DNA from: Candidatus Eiseniibacteriota bacterium | GTDB lineage: Bacteria; ARS69 | Length of the DNA: 24,407 nt | Direction: 5' to 3' | NCBI GenBank assembly: GCA_052390515.1 | Contig: JBQTGV010000046.1 | Coordinates: 1 to 24,407 of the forward strand | In this document: one piece after another, positions 16,901 through 24,407 of the stretch | How the letters are laid out: every line of letters begins with the position of its first letter | Numbering within the stretch: the stretch's first letter is position 1 | Notes under the pieces: model-generated | The model's database searches: none | What the model was told of the DNA's origin: nothing | What the model saw: only the letters and a program-made list of their open reading frames with translations | Made by a program: the position numbers and the translations under genes

Positions 16901-18361
16901 GACGGCGGCGGCCGGCTCGTCATCGTCAGCCAGGACCTGGCCTGGGCGTTCTCCGACAACACCTCGGGCTTCTGGAGCCCCGTCAAGAAGACCTGGTACG
17001 AGACCATCACGCACTCCCTGTGGCAGGCCGACCCGACGCCGTGGACCTCGCTGGTGGGGATCGGCGCCGACCCGATCAGCGGCTCGTACACCGGCGGCAT
17101 CCCCTACACCGCGCATCGCTCGGGCGCAGACGGGGACGAGGTCGACCTGATCAACGGCACCGGCACGGCGAGCTACGTGTGGCGCAACAACGACGTTTCC
17201 GCGGATGACGTCGCCGTGAAGTGGGTCAACGGCGTGCCCAACGGCACGGCGGGGACCGGCGTGTGGGGCGGGACTCCGACGCGCGTCGTCTCGATGTTCT
17301 TCGAGTGGATCGGCGTGAACAAGGCCGTGTCGAACGATCCGGTCCGCGCGGACATCCTGAACAAGACGCTGATCTGGCTCATCGGTGGCGATCACCCCGA
17401 TGCCGTAGTCACCACGCCGAACGGTGGCGAGGTGTTCACCACCAGCCCGGTCTCGGTCTCCTGGACGCAGTCGACGGACACGGCGAACGGCCGCGATCCG
17501 GCGTCGACGCGGCTCGAGTACTCCGACGACGGCGGGATGTCCTGGACGCTCGTCACCGCGGCGCCGGGCTCTTCACCCTACTCGTGGGACGTGAGCGCGT
17601 TGTCCAGCGGGACGGCCTACCGCGTGCGCGCCGTCGTGGTGGACGACGGCACGCCGGAGCTCAGCGGGACGGACGCGTCCAACTCGAACTTCACACTGGC
17701 GATCCCGGGCAACGAGAATCGTGGGCCGGTCGTGATCGCCGGATCGCCAGTGGTGTCCCCGGATCCGCCGGTGAAGCCGAACCCGGCGACGCTCACCGCG
17801 ACGATCACCGACGCTCTCACCGGCGGCAGCGACATCGCCGCTGCGGAATGGAGCAGCGGCGGCTCTCCCGCTCCGGCCGGAACCGGCAGCCCGATGACCG
17901 GGACGTTCAACGCGGTCGAGGTTGCGGTGAGCGCCGCGCTGTCCACGACGAGTCTCCCCTCCGGCGCCACCTTCATCTGGGTGCGCGGTCAGGACGCGGC
18001 CGGTAACTGGGGCGGAGCCGCGCAGCTCGCCGTCCAGGTCAACGGAGGCGCGGTCGACGCGGTGCTGGTCGATCTGCCGCCGGACCGCTTCGCGCTGGCG
18101 CAGAGCTTCCCGAATCCTTTCGCCGATGCCGCTCGCATCGCGTTCGCGCTGCCCAAGGCGTCGCCTGTCGACCTCGCCGTGTACGACGTGAGCGGTCGCC
18201 TCGTGCGCACTCTGCTCGAGGGACCGATGGCTGCGGGCCGGCACGTGGCGGACTGGGACGGCAGGGACGCGGAAGGGCGGAAAGTCTCGTCCGGCGTGTA
18301 CTTCTATCGCATCGTCGCCGGCGCGGACCGCGCCGAGCGGAAGATGGTTCGCTTGAGGTAG
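13922..18361 (+). CDS. Secreted multidomain S8 (subtilisin, KP-43-like) serine protease with Ig/FN3 domains and C-terminal FlgD-Ig/T9SS-like domain, 1479 aa
   Basis: SD GAGAGG; signal peptide. Triad GDSG (codon 14762), HGSH (14912), GTSMSCP (15449); oxyanion SNGNAG; PATAKN, SSTSRGPTDDGRYKP, PSAALLRAMMVN, LKVTLVWTD, NLVNDLDL. Tail QSFPNPF...VYDVSGRLVRTL...WDGRD...SSGVYFYRI. Confidence 0.95.
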   Translation: MLLRVSALRSIALVSLLLTPATPFRASASLPVAAAPDAAAPAAQRPGPQLRHLGNRVERTVPKVTPTEIRLANGIVFDTRTGEPQVPARLRAATTVAPEDRLSLVVQVESPIESGWAALLEAAGARVESFLPNSAFLVRVDARDRAKIDALSFVEWTGAYHPAYRISGQTDMTLRSGRAEYTVLLFDDGDARAVSDHVSFLGGRIEDASDNGINKILRLELDRSRMEELASHPDVQWIEPRAHFEISNSSAQWVDQTNVLNDRKVWTNGITGVGQVVMVGDSGIRTTHQQFVDALVPITTYGDYPTHRKIIAYQRGAQHNNVAFADLLSGHGSHTDGTIAGNDDGIGASANDGLAKGAKIYFLDCGGTPSSTIYTPGDLNEYYAAGYIGNAGGAARVSSNSWGDGTAAGAYTTNSMTTDQFAWEHKDFLICFSNGNAGSAGSVGAPATAKNILSSGGTLNGTSATSIYSSTSRGPTDDGRYKPTVCSPASSLTSASGSSDTGYAGLSGTSMSCPNLAGSATLVRDYFMRGYYPTGAAVAANEFTPSAALLRAMMVNSGVDDFVSFTFPDHNIGWGRILLDNVLFFPGDTRRTVVLDEPDGVVTGEVREYEIYVDGAAQDLKVTLVWTDAPSTPTAGANLVNDLDLVVKEGATTYLGNVWSSGQSQTGGSADGINVEENVRRTTPVVGNYTIEVHGANVPMGAQPYALVVSGSLGGAAGVLTLDAGAYEPLGTLDIRVEDTDAGGSVTVSVSSGTESSPESFVMAGANGVYTGSFPLTLDAASNGDAQLSVSHGDQVTVTYSDASPAHVATTTAVVDTHEPVITNVAADPAGVTAVVTWDTDVHANSRIEYGTTTALGSLSTLDEAHVTQHSHELQGLVEETTYNFDVLSEDPAGNLVRDDFGGQHYRFTTGRRADVLFVNADPNTTEEEEKYYDAFDATGWTYNLWEKPQADTPEVGDLTSGMRSYKAVWWQVGWEQYPQFLGPARDSLTAYHDGGGRLVIVSQDLAWAFSDNTSGFWSPVKKTWYETITHSLWQADPTPWTSLVGIGADPISGSYTGGIPYTAHRSGADGDEVDLINGTGTASYVWRNNDVSADDVAVKWVNGVPNGTAGTGVWGGTPTRVVSMFFEWIGVNKAVSNDPVRADILNKTLIWLIGGDHPDAVVTTPNGGEVFTTSPVSVSWTQSTDTANGRDPASTRLEYSDDGGMSWTLVTAAPGSSPYSWDVSALSSGTAYRVRAVVVDDGTPELSGTDASNSNFTLAIPGNENRGPVVIAGSPVVSPDPPVKPNPATLTATITDALTGGSDIAAAEWSSGGSPAPAGTGSPMTGTFNAVEVAVSAALSTTSLPSGATFIWVRGQDAAGNWGGAAQLAVQVNGGAVDAVLVDLPPDRFALAQSFPNPFADAARIAFALPKASPVDLAVYDVSGRLVRTLLEGPMAAGRHVADWDGRDAEGRKVSSGVYFYRIVAGADRAERKMVRLR

Positions 18362-18362
18362 C

Positions 18363-20402
18363 TCAGTCCGGACCGCGGCCGGGACGCAGCTCGGCCGGCG
18401 GACGGAAGCTGTCGAGCGTGAACAGGGGCAGGAGGGGGGGCGCAGGAGCGTCCCCCTCCGCTTTTTCGAAGTCGCCGAGATAGCGCAGCACCCGGTCGTC
18501 CCAGCGGGCTGCCAGGCGCCAGAAGTCGCGCGCCGCCGCAGCGTCCCCCGTGGTCCACAAGAGAATCCCGTGATTGGCGAGCAGCATGGGTGCGCGCGGA
18601 TCGAGATAGATGGCGCGCTCCGAGTCGCCCAGCGCGCCGGCCGGGTCGCCACCGAGAGCCGCGAGGCGGGCGCGCAGAGCCCACAGGTCGGCGTCGTGGG
18701 ACGTGAAGGCGAAGGCCTCGGCGATCAGCGAGTCGGCCCGTGCCAGCTGGCCGCGGGAGAGCGCGCGGTCGGCCAGGTGCGCGCGTGCACGTGCCGCGGC
18801 CGGGTCCCGCGAGCGTGCGTCGGCGAAGACGATTTCGGCCGCGCGTGCCTCGCCCTCCTCCTCGAAGACGATTCCCAGCCACTCGTGAGCCACTCCGAGC
18901 TCCGGGGGCTCGTGACCGCTCGCCGCCTGGAAGGACTTCTGCGCTGCCGCGAGGTCGCGGTCCGCGTATCTGCGCCAGCCCTCGCGGAGCAGGGGAGCGT
19001 AGTCGGGAGGGAGCGGGTCGATCTCCCGCGGCGCGGCGCGCCGCACCCACAGGGCGTCCTGGATTCCACGGGTCGGCCCTCGCCGGAAGAGGAGCGGCGC
19101 GTATCCGCGCAGGAACTCCGGATCGGCGAAGAGCGCGCGCTCCACCCTCGAGTCGGGACGGATGGCGCCGGAGAAGACGACTGCCGCGGGGAGATCCTCT
19201 CCAGGACCGGCGGCACCCGACAGACGGCCGCTGCGCAGCGGGAGTACGGTGCGTTCCGCGAGCGCCGCGAGCGCGCCGCAGCGCTCGGCCAGGACGGCGC
19301 CGCTCCGCTCGAACTCCTCGCGCAGGAACTGGGCGATCTGCGCGCTCCTCGCACTCTGCTCGCGCGACTCGAGCGCGGCGCTCCGCACGGCCTTGCCCCC
19401 GAACACGGCGAGCGCCACCGGCACTGCGAACGCCGCGAGCACCCCGCGACGCGGGCCGGCGCCGGCTCCCGCGCCGGACACGGAGTGAACCAGGAGCGCG
19501 AGCAGCAGGCAGGTCGACGGTGCGAGCGCGGGGACGAGGCCGCGGAAGGCTCCCGGCTCGGCGAGGGCGGCGGTGACGAGCACGGCTGCGGCCCAGGGCC
19601 CGACGAGGCGGCGGACTGCGGGCTCCCCGCGGCCGGCGAGCGCCAGCGGCAATGCGAGCAGGATGCCGAACAACCAGAGCTCGCGGACGGCGGCGAGCGA
19701 GTCCCCCCAACCTTCGCCGGAGAGCGTGAGACCCGTTGCGAGCCCCCGAGCGATCTCGCCGCGATGACCTTCGGGAATCGCCAGGGAGAGGGCGCCCACG
19801 GTCGATGCGCATGTCCCGAGCCCGATCCAGCTTCTCCAGTCGGCCAGCTCGCGGCCGCGCAGCCGCGCCTGCAGCCACGCGGCGGCGGGCCACGCCGCCG
19901 GCGTCGCGAGGCCGGCCGCCCAGGCCAGCCCGAGCGTCGTCACGGGACGCGCGCCGAGCGCCGTCCGCGCGAGAGCCCAGGCGATCAGCATGCCGCCGAG
20001 GGCGGCGTCGGGGCGCGCGGGGAATCCCGCCGCGAAGGCCGGCGGGGCCACGAGCAGCGCGGCCCCGAGTGCTCCGACGAGGCGGTCGGCCAGCCGGGAA
20101 AGGGCCCACGCCAGGAGGGCGGCCGACGCGCCGAGCAGGACCGCGCCCGCGGGACGCCCCAGGTCCTCCGCTCCCTCGGCGAAGGCCGCGCCGACGACCG
20201 TGGCGAGGGCGCCGAGCAGCGGGGCGCCTTCCCCGCCCGGCGGATCGGCGAAGGAAGCGGGCCCCTTCGCCAGCAGGCCCGTGCCCACGCGCACGAGGTG
20301 GAACGTCTCGTCGGTGGGCGCGGGAAGAGCGAGGCCCCGCAGCATCCCGGCCAAGCCCGCGGCTCCGGCCAGCAGCGCATCCAGCCGATCGCCTGGCCTC
20401 AC
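18363..20402 (-). CDS. Polytopic membrane protein with C-terminal TPR repeats; possible GT-C-fold glycosyltransferase-like protein, 679 aa
   Basis: GTG at 20402 overlaps the NUDIX TGA (GTGA). Many Ala/Leu-rich hydrophobic segments, DE pair after the first helix (PTDETFH), RPD motif, and about five 34-aa TPR-like repeats (e.g. AHEWLGIVFEEEGEARAAEIVFADARSRDP). The CDS call is firmer than the function. Confidence 0.7.
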   Translation of the reverse strand: MRPGDRLDALLAGAAGLAGMLRGLALPAPTDETFHLVRVGTGLLAKGPASFADPPGGEGAPLLGALATVVGAAFAEGAEDLGRPAGAVLLGASAALLAWALSRLADRLVGALGAALLVAPPAFAAGFPARPDAALGGMLIAWALARTALGARPVTTLGLAWAAGLATPAAWPAAAWLQARLRGRELADWRSWIGLGTCASTVGALSLAIPEGHRGEIARGLATGLTLSGEGWGDSLAAVRELWLFGILLALPLALAGRGEPAVRRLVGPWAAAVLVTAALAEPGAFRGLVPALAPSTCLLLALLVHSVSGAGAGAGPRRGVLAAFAVPVALAVFGGKAVRSAALESREQSARSAQIAQFLREEFERSGAVLAERCGALAALAERTVLPLRSGRLSGAAGPGEDLPAAVVFSGAIRPDSRVERALFADPEFLRGYAPLLFRRGPTRGIQDALWVRRAAPREIDPLPPDYAPLLREGWRRYADRDLAAAQKSFQAASGHEPPELGVAHEWLGIVFEEEGEARAAEIVFADARSRDPAAARARAHLADRALSRGQLARADSLIAEAFAFTSHDADLWALRARLAALGGDPAGALGDSERAIYLDPRAPMLLANHGILLWTTGDAAAARDFWRLAARWDDRVLRYLGDFEKAEGDAPAPPLLPLFTLDSFRPPAELRPGRGPD

Positions 20403-20836
20403 CGCTCCCGAAGAGCCTTCTTCGCCAGGGCGAGCACGTCTCGCTCGCCGGCGTGATGCAGGAGGCGCGCGGCCACGTCCAGGGGGAACCAGCGGACGTC
20501 GGCGACCTCCGCGTCGTGATCCGCGGTGCTGCCGTCGTGGAACGACATCAGGAAGAAGTGCACCGTCTTCGCCACGGCGGTCCGGTTTCCGTCCTCGCTG
20601 CGGGCCTGGTAGGTGTACTCGATCGGCCGCAGCGCGCACTCGATCAGACCGCGGAGTCCTGTTTCCTCCCGCACCTCGCGAACCGCGGCCTCCTCCAGCG
20701 TCTCGGATTGCTCGACACGGCCCTTGGGCAGGCACCACATGGGGCCGCGGCTCGTCTGTGTCAGCGCGACCTCGATGGCGTCGCCGGCACGGCGGTAGAT
20801 CACGCCCCCGGAGGAAATTTCGAGTTGCCGTCGCAT
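20399..20836 (-). CDS. NUDIX hydrolase (diadenosine polyphosphate hydrolase-like), 145 aa
   Basis: ATG at 20836 after SD GGGAG; SSGGVIYR; Nudix box WCLPKGRVEQSETLEEAAVREVREETGL; KTVHFFLM. Confidence 0.93.
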   Translation of the reverse strand: MRRQLEISSGGVIYRRAGDAIEVALTQTSRGPMWCLPKGRVEQSETLEEAAVREVREETGLRGLIECALRPIEYTYQARSEDGNRTAVAKTVHFFLMSFHDGSTADHDAEVADVRWFPLDVAARLLHHAGERDVLALAKKALRER

Positions 20837-20884
20837 GGGGTTCTCCCGAAGAATCGCACGGCGTGCGGGGCAGCAGCCCCGCGC

Positions 20885-20893
20885 AGGATAGCA
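20885..20893 (-). promoter_or_regulatory. Candidate extended -10 (TGcTATCCT) for the NUDIX/TPR membrane protein operon
   Basis: TGCTATCCT on the - strand, about 50 nt upstream of the ATG. Confidence 0.5.
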
Positions 20894-20969
20894 GAAGGCG
20901 GCGAGGGTGTCCCGCCGCGCGGAGGGTGGCTTGGGCGAGAAGCGCTGGAGAGACAACGGGAAGCGAGTG

Positions 20970-21635
20970 ATGGGCGGCCGTGACGAACGGGTGGAGGGGC
21001 GTCTCACTCAAGCGCTGCGCCACCTGGCGCGGGAGGCGATGGAGCCGGAGGACTACCTCGATCCGGACGCCATCGAGCTGCGCAAGGACCGGCACCGCCA
21101 CGACATGCCCGACTGCGCGAACTGCGCCGATCGCTGCTGCGTGCACAAGGGGGCGCGCATGGGCATCCTGCTCTCGTTGCAGGACATCGCCCATCTCGCG
21201 GACAGCGGGCTGGAGGACCTGATCGTCGGAACGTTCACGTTCCGCCGCCGCGAGGGGCGGATCCTCCCGGACATTCGCGACATGCCGCGACTCGCGAAGA
21301 AGCAGGGCTACTGCGTCTTTTACGACCAGGAAAAGGGAACGTGCACCGGGTACGCCTATCGCCCGACGATCTGCCGGCGTTATCCGTTCGAGGTGGACTA
21401 CACGCGCGCCGGCAAGCCGTTCGCGCGGTACATCCCGGACTCGCCCTGCACGCGGGTGCGCGGAAAGCAGTACGAGCCGGCGATCCGCGAGATGGTCCGC
21501 GAGGCGGTGGTGGACGAGAACGTGTCGCTCGAGGATGCCCGCATCGTGCCGGATTTCCACGAGGAGCTGCGCGAGCTGGGGTTCGGGAAGTGGCTGCCGC
21601 CCGAGTGGGAGTGTCCCTCGCCGGACGACGAATGA
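20970..21635 (+). CDS. YkgJ-family (CxxCxxCC) cysteine-cluster protein, putative Zn/Fe-S binding
   Basis: CANCADRCC...YCVFYDQEKGTCTGYAYRPTICRRYPF. Start is uncertain (20907, 20967, 20970 or 21039). Confidence 0.85.
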   Translation: MGGRDERVEGRLTQALRHLAREAMEPEDYLDPDAIELRKDRHRHDMPDCANCADRCCVHKGARMGILLSLQDIAHLADSGLEDLIVGTFTFRRREGRILPDIRDMPRLAKKQGYCVFYDQEKGTCTGYAYRPTICRRYPFEVDYTRAGKPFARYIPDSPCTRVRGKQYEPAIREMVREAVVDENVSLEDARIVPDFHEELRELGFGKWLPPEWECPSPDDE

Positions 21636-24256
21636 CGCGCCGATTCCTGGCCCTCGCGGCCCTCTCCCTGCTCTCCGCCTCGACCGCGGCTCCGGCCGCG
21701 GCGGGAAAGTCCGGCGAGCGGCTGGGCAGGGACGTGGTCCCGACGGCGCAGGAGATCCGGCTCGAGCTCGACCCGGACAGCCTCGGCTACTCCGGCCTGG
21801 TGCGCATCCGCCTCGATGTCCGCCGGCCGACCAGCCTGATCCGCCTGCACGGGCAGGGGCTCAGCGTGACGTCGGCCCGGCTCGAGGGCGCGAGGCCCGA
21901 GACGCTCGCGGTCGAGCCGGAAGCGGAGGACGTGCTTCGCCTCGTCGCGCCGAGGACCCTCGACGCGCGGGAGGACCCGGCGCTCGTCATCGAGTTCACC
22001 GCCCGGTTCGGCACGAGGAGCGTCGGCCTGTACCGCGTGCAGCAGGCGGGTGACGCCTACCTCTACACGCAGTTCGAGCCGGACGACGCACGTCACGCCT
22101 TCCCGTGCTTCGACGAACCTTCGTTCAAGATCCCCTTCGACGTCACGCTCACGGTGCCGGACCGTCACGTCGCAGTCTCCAACACGACGGTCGAACGGGA
22201 GACGAGCGAAGGCGGCCGGCGCACGACGAGATTCCGCACCACGCGACCGTTGCCCACGTACCTGCTGGCCATCGCCGTGGGACCGCTCGAGTTCGTGCCG
22301 GTCGCGGGCGCTTCGGTCCCGATCCGCGTGGTGACGCCTCGCGGCCAGTCGCACCTCGCCGGGCTCGCGCTGGAGACGACGCCGCCGATCCTCGCCGCCC
22401 TGGAGCGCTGGTTCGACAGCCCGCTGCCCTTCGAGAAGCTCGACCTCATCGCCGTTCCCGAGTTCTGGCCGGGTGCCATGGAGAACGCCGGCGCCATCAC
22501 CTACCGCGACCGCATCCTGCTCGTCGACCCGGCCGAGGCGAGCGACGCGGATCGGCGCCGGTTGGCCGAGGTGACCGCACACGAGATCGCGCATCACTGG
22601 TTCGGAAACCTCGTGACGATGGAGTGGTGGGACGATCTCTGGCTCAACGAGGCCTTCGCCGACTGGATGGCCGCGAAGATCACCGAGCAGCTCTATCCCG
22701 AGCTTCGCCATCCGATGCTGGAGCTCGAGTCGGCGCAGCGGCGGATCGCCGGGGACGCGCGTCCCTCGACCCGGCCGATCCGGCATGCCGTGAACACGGA
22801 GAACCTGATGGACGGCGTCGGCCTCGCCTACGCGAAGGGGAGGACCGTGCTGGGCATGTTCGAGGGGTGGCTCGGCGAGGAGGCGTTCCGGCGTGGCGTG
22901 CTCGATTACCTGACCGCGCACGCCTGGGGCAACGCTCGCGCGGCGGACCTGTGGGCGGCGCTCGACCGCGCGTCGGGATCGGACGTATCCGGGGCGATGG
23001 CCGGCTTCCTGGACCAGCCGGGATTCCCCCTGGTGCGCGCGGAGCTCGCCGGCGAGGGCCGCGTGCGGCTCACCCAGCGCCGCTTCCGGAACCATGGGGT
23101 CGACCTGCCGGACCTCGCGTGGCACGTGCCGATCGTGCTGCGCTGGGAGGACGAAGCGGGGGTCCACTCGCGGAGCGTCCTGCTCGACGCGGCATCGCGG
23201 GAGATCGACCTGGGCGCGCGAGGGAACGTCGCGTGGCTCCATCCGAACGGCGGGGGGCGCGGCTACTACCGGTGGTGGGTGGCGCCGGATCGACTTCAAA
23301 GCCTCGCCGCACGAGGCTCGTCGGCCCTCGGTCCGCTGGAGCGGGCGGAGCTCCTCTTCGACGCGGGAGCGCTGCTGGACGCCGGTGAGCTCGACGGCGC
23401 GGCGTATCTCGCGCTGCTCAGCGAGTTCCGCGACGATCCCGATCCGCTCGTCCTGCGCGCGCTCGCCGCGGCGGCCGGCAAGGTCCAGCGGGTGTTCGTC
23501 ACGACCGAGTTGGAGGACGAGTTCGCGGCCTGGACGCGGGCCACACTCGGTCCCGGGCTCGCGCGGCTCGGCCGCGAGCCGGCCGCTTCCGAGGCGCCGG
23601 GCGTCTCCATGACGAGGCCGCAACTGATCGAGGCGCTGGCCGACTGGGGCGAAGATCGGGAGCTGCGCGCCTGGGCCGCCGCCGCGGCGGTCCGTTACCT
23701 GGCCGATCCGGCCGCGCTGCACCCTTCGCTCGTGACCGCGGTTCTCGAGACGGCGGCGCTCGACGGGGACGCGGAGCTCTTCGCCGCGTTCCGGTCGCGC
23801 TTCGAGGCGGCGTCCTCGCCGTCCGAGCGGGACCGCTTCCTGCGCGCGATCCCTTCGTTCCGCAGCCCTTCGCTGCAGGACGAGGCGCTGCAGTGGGCGC
23901 TCGTCGCGGTGCGTCCCACGGAGATGTCCGCGTTCACCTCGGCGCTCTCGGAGACGGAGGCGGGTCGACAGAAGTACTGGGAGTTCACGCGCGATCACTT
24001 CGAGACCCTCGCCGGCAGGGTCTCACCCGAGTTCGTGGCGAACTTCGGCAGCGTCGGCGACGGGTGCTCGCCGGAGCGGCTCGCGGCCGCCGAGGCGTTC
24101 TTCGGGGATCCGGTCCGCGCGGTTCCGGGAACCGACCGGAATCTCGCGCGCGTGCGGGACTCGGTCACCGACTGCGTGCGCTTGCAGGAGCGCGAGGGAG
24201 AGTCGGTCGCGCGTTACCTGCGCCGCTTCGCCGAGCTCGCGCGCGAGGAGCCGTAG
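21632..24256 (+). CDS. M1-family aminopeptidase with signal peptide and ERAP1-like C-terminal domain, 874 aa
   Basis: ATGA overlap with the upstream gene; signal MTRRFLALAALSLLSASTAAPAAA; TQFEPDDARHAFPCFDEP, GAMEN, HEIAH-x18-E (LWLNEAFA), AYAKG. Confidence 0.96.
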   Translation: MTRRFLALAALSLLSASTAAPAAAGKSGERLGRDVVPTAQEIRLELDPDSLGYSGLVRIRLDVRRPTSLIRLHGQGLSVTSARLEGARPETLAVEPEAEDVLRLVAPRTLDAREDPALVIEFTARFGTRSVGLYRVQQAGDAYLYTQFEPDDARHAFPCFDEPSFKIPFDVTLTVPDRHVAVSNTTVERETSEGGRRTTRFRTTRPLPTYLLAIAVGPLEFVPVAGASVPIRVVTPRGQSHLAGLALETTPPILAALERWFDSPLPFEKLDLIAVPEFWPGAMENAGAITYRDRILLVDPAEASDADRRRLAEVTAHEIAHHWFGNLVTMEWWDDLWLNEAFADWMAAKITEQLYPELRHPMLELESAQRRIAGDARPSTRPIRHAVNTENLMDGVGLAYAKGRTVLGMFEGWLGEEAFRRGVLDYLTAHAWGNARAADLWAALDRASGSDVSGAMAGFLDQPGFPLVRAELAGEGRVRLTQRRFRNHGVDLPDLAWHVPIVLRWEDEAGVHSRSVLLDAASREIDLGARGNVAWLHPNGGGRGYYRWWVAPDRLQSLAARGSSALGPLERAELLFDAGALLDAGELDGAAYLALLSEFRDDPDPLVLRALAAAAGKVQRVFVTTELEDEFAAWTRATLGPGLARLGREPAASEAPGVSMTRPQLIEALADWGEDRELRAWAAAAAVRYLADPAALHPSLVTAVLETAALDGDAELFAAFRSRFEAASSPSERDRFLRAIPSFRSPSLQDEALQWALVAVRPTEMSAFTSALSETEAGRQKYWEFTRDHFETLAGRVSPEFVANFGSVGDGCSPERLAAAEAFFGDPVRAVPGTDRNLARVRDSVTDCVRLQEREGESVARYLRRFAELAREEP

Positions 24257-24272
24257 CGCCGGCGCGCCCCGC

Positions 24273-24407
24273 TCAGTTCCCCGTGGTCGGGATCGTCACG
24301 GTGCCGCCCGGCAGCCCTGTGGTCGTCATGGGTACGGACACGCCGGGAGAGGCTCCGGTCACGGGCGCGCCCAGCAGCTCCACGAAGAAGGGACCGGGGC
24401 CGTCGGC
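24273..24407 (-). CDS. C-terminal fragment of an unknown protein entering from the right edge
   Basis: Open frame ...ADGPGPFFVELLGAPVTGASPGVSVPMTTTGLPGGTVTIPTTGN* with GC-rich third positions, ending in TGA at 24275-24273, convergent with the M1 gene. Confidence 0.6.
   Translation of the reverse strand, partial: ADGPGPFFVELLGAPVTGASPGVSVPMTTTGLPGGTVTIPTTGN

Noticed and set aside
20399..20836. NUDIX gene as mutT, completing a GO repair system with mutY
   Set aside because: The LPKG and KxVxFFLM motifs fit ApnA-hydrolase-like NUDIX enzymes better, and the gene lies 18 kb from mutY.
18363..21560. 1065-aa ORF, plus N-terminal extensions of ORFs 13628-18361, 21341-24256, 9090-10448 and 10181-11839
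   Set aside because: The extensions overlap other real genes or promoters. Internal starts have SD sequences or stop/start overlaps.
1..24407. CRISPR arrays, tRNA/rRNA genes, IS elements, prophage or defence genes
   Set aside because: No regularly spaced repeats, cloverleaf or rRNA signatures, or transposase, integrase or nuclease motifs were seen. Intergenic gaps are all under about 180 nt.

Overview
Very GC-rich (roughly 70% by eye) bacterial chromosomal segment, almost fully coding. It holds 17 complete genes and two partial genes at the edges. I found no rRNA, tRNA, CRISPR array, transposase or integrase. Gene order: a lipoprotein cut off at the left edge (- strand, missing from the ORF track), mutY, acyl-CoA dehydrogenase, a five-zinc-ribbon protein, a SAM methyltransferase, a secreted HExxH protein downstream of cnoX/ybbN (-), moaD-moaE-moaA, an AAA+ ATPase/VWA pair (-), an M48 peptidase, an atypical SDR, a 1479-aa multidomain S8 protease with a FlgD-Ig/T9SS-type tail, a GT-C-like membrane protein with TPRs downstream of a NUDIX hydrolase (-), a YkgJ-type Cys-cluster protein, a secreted M1 aminopeptidase, and the C-terminus of a - strand gene at the right edge. 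The FlgD-Ig-tailed protease and the high GC suggest an FCB-group lineage such as Eisenbacteria, Krumholzibacteria or Latescibacteria; this is inference only. I cannot demonstrate a new multi-gene system from sequence alone. The best leads are the GT-C+TPR protein next to the large secreted protease, the uncharacterised secreted gluzincin-like protein coupled to cnoX, the poly-zinc-ribbon protein, the AAA+/VWA pair, and a recurring promoter design in which the -35 box overlaps the upstream gene's TGA stop codon.
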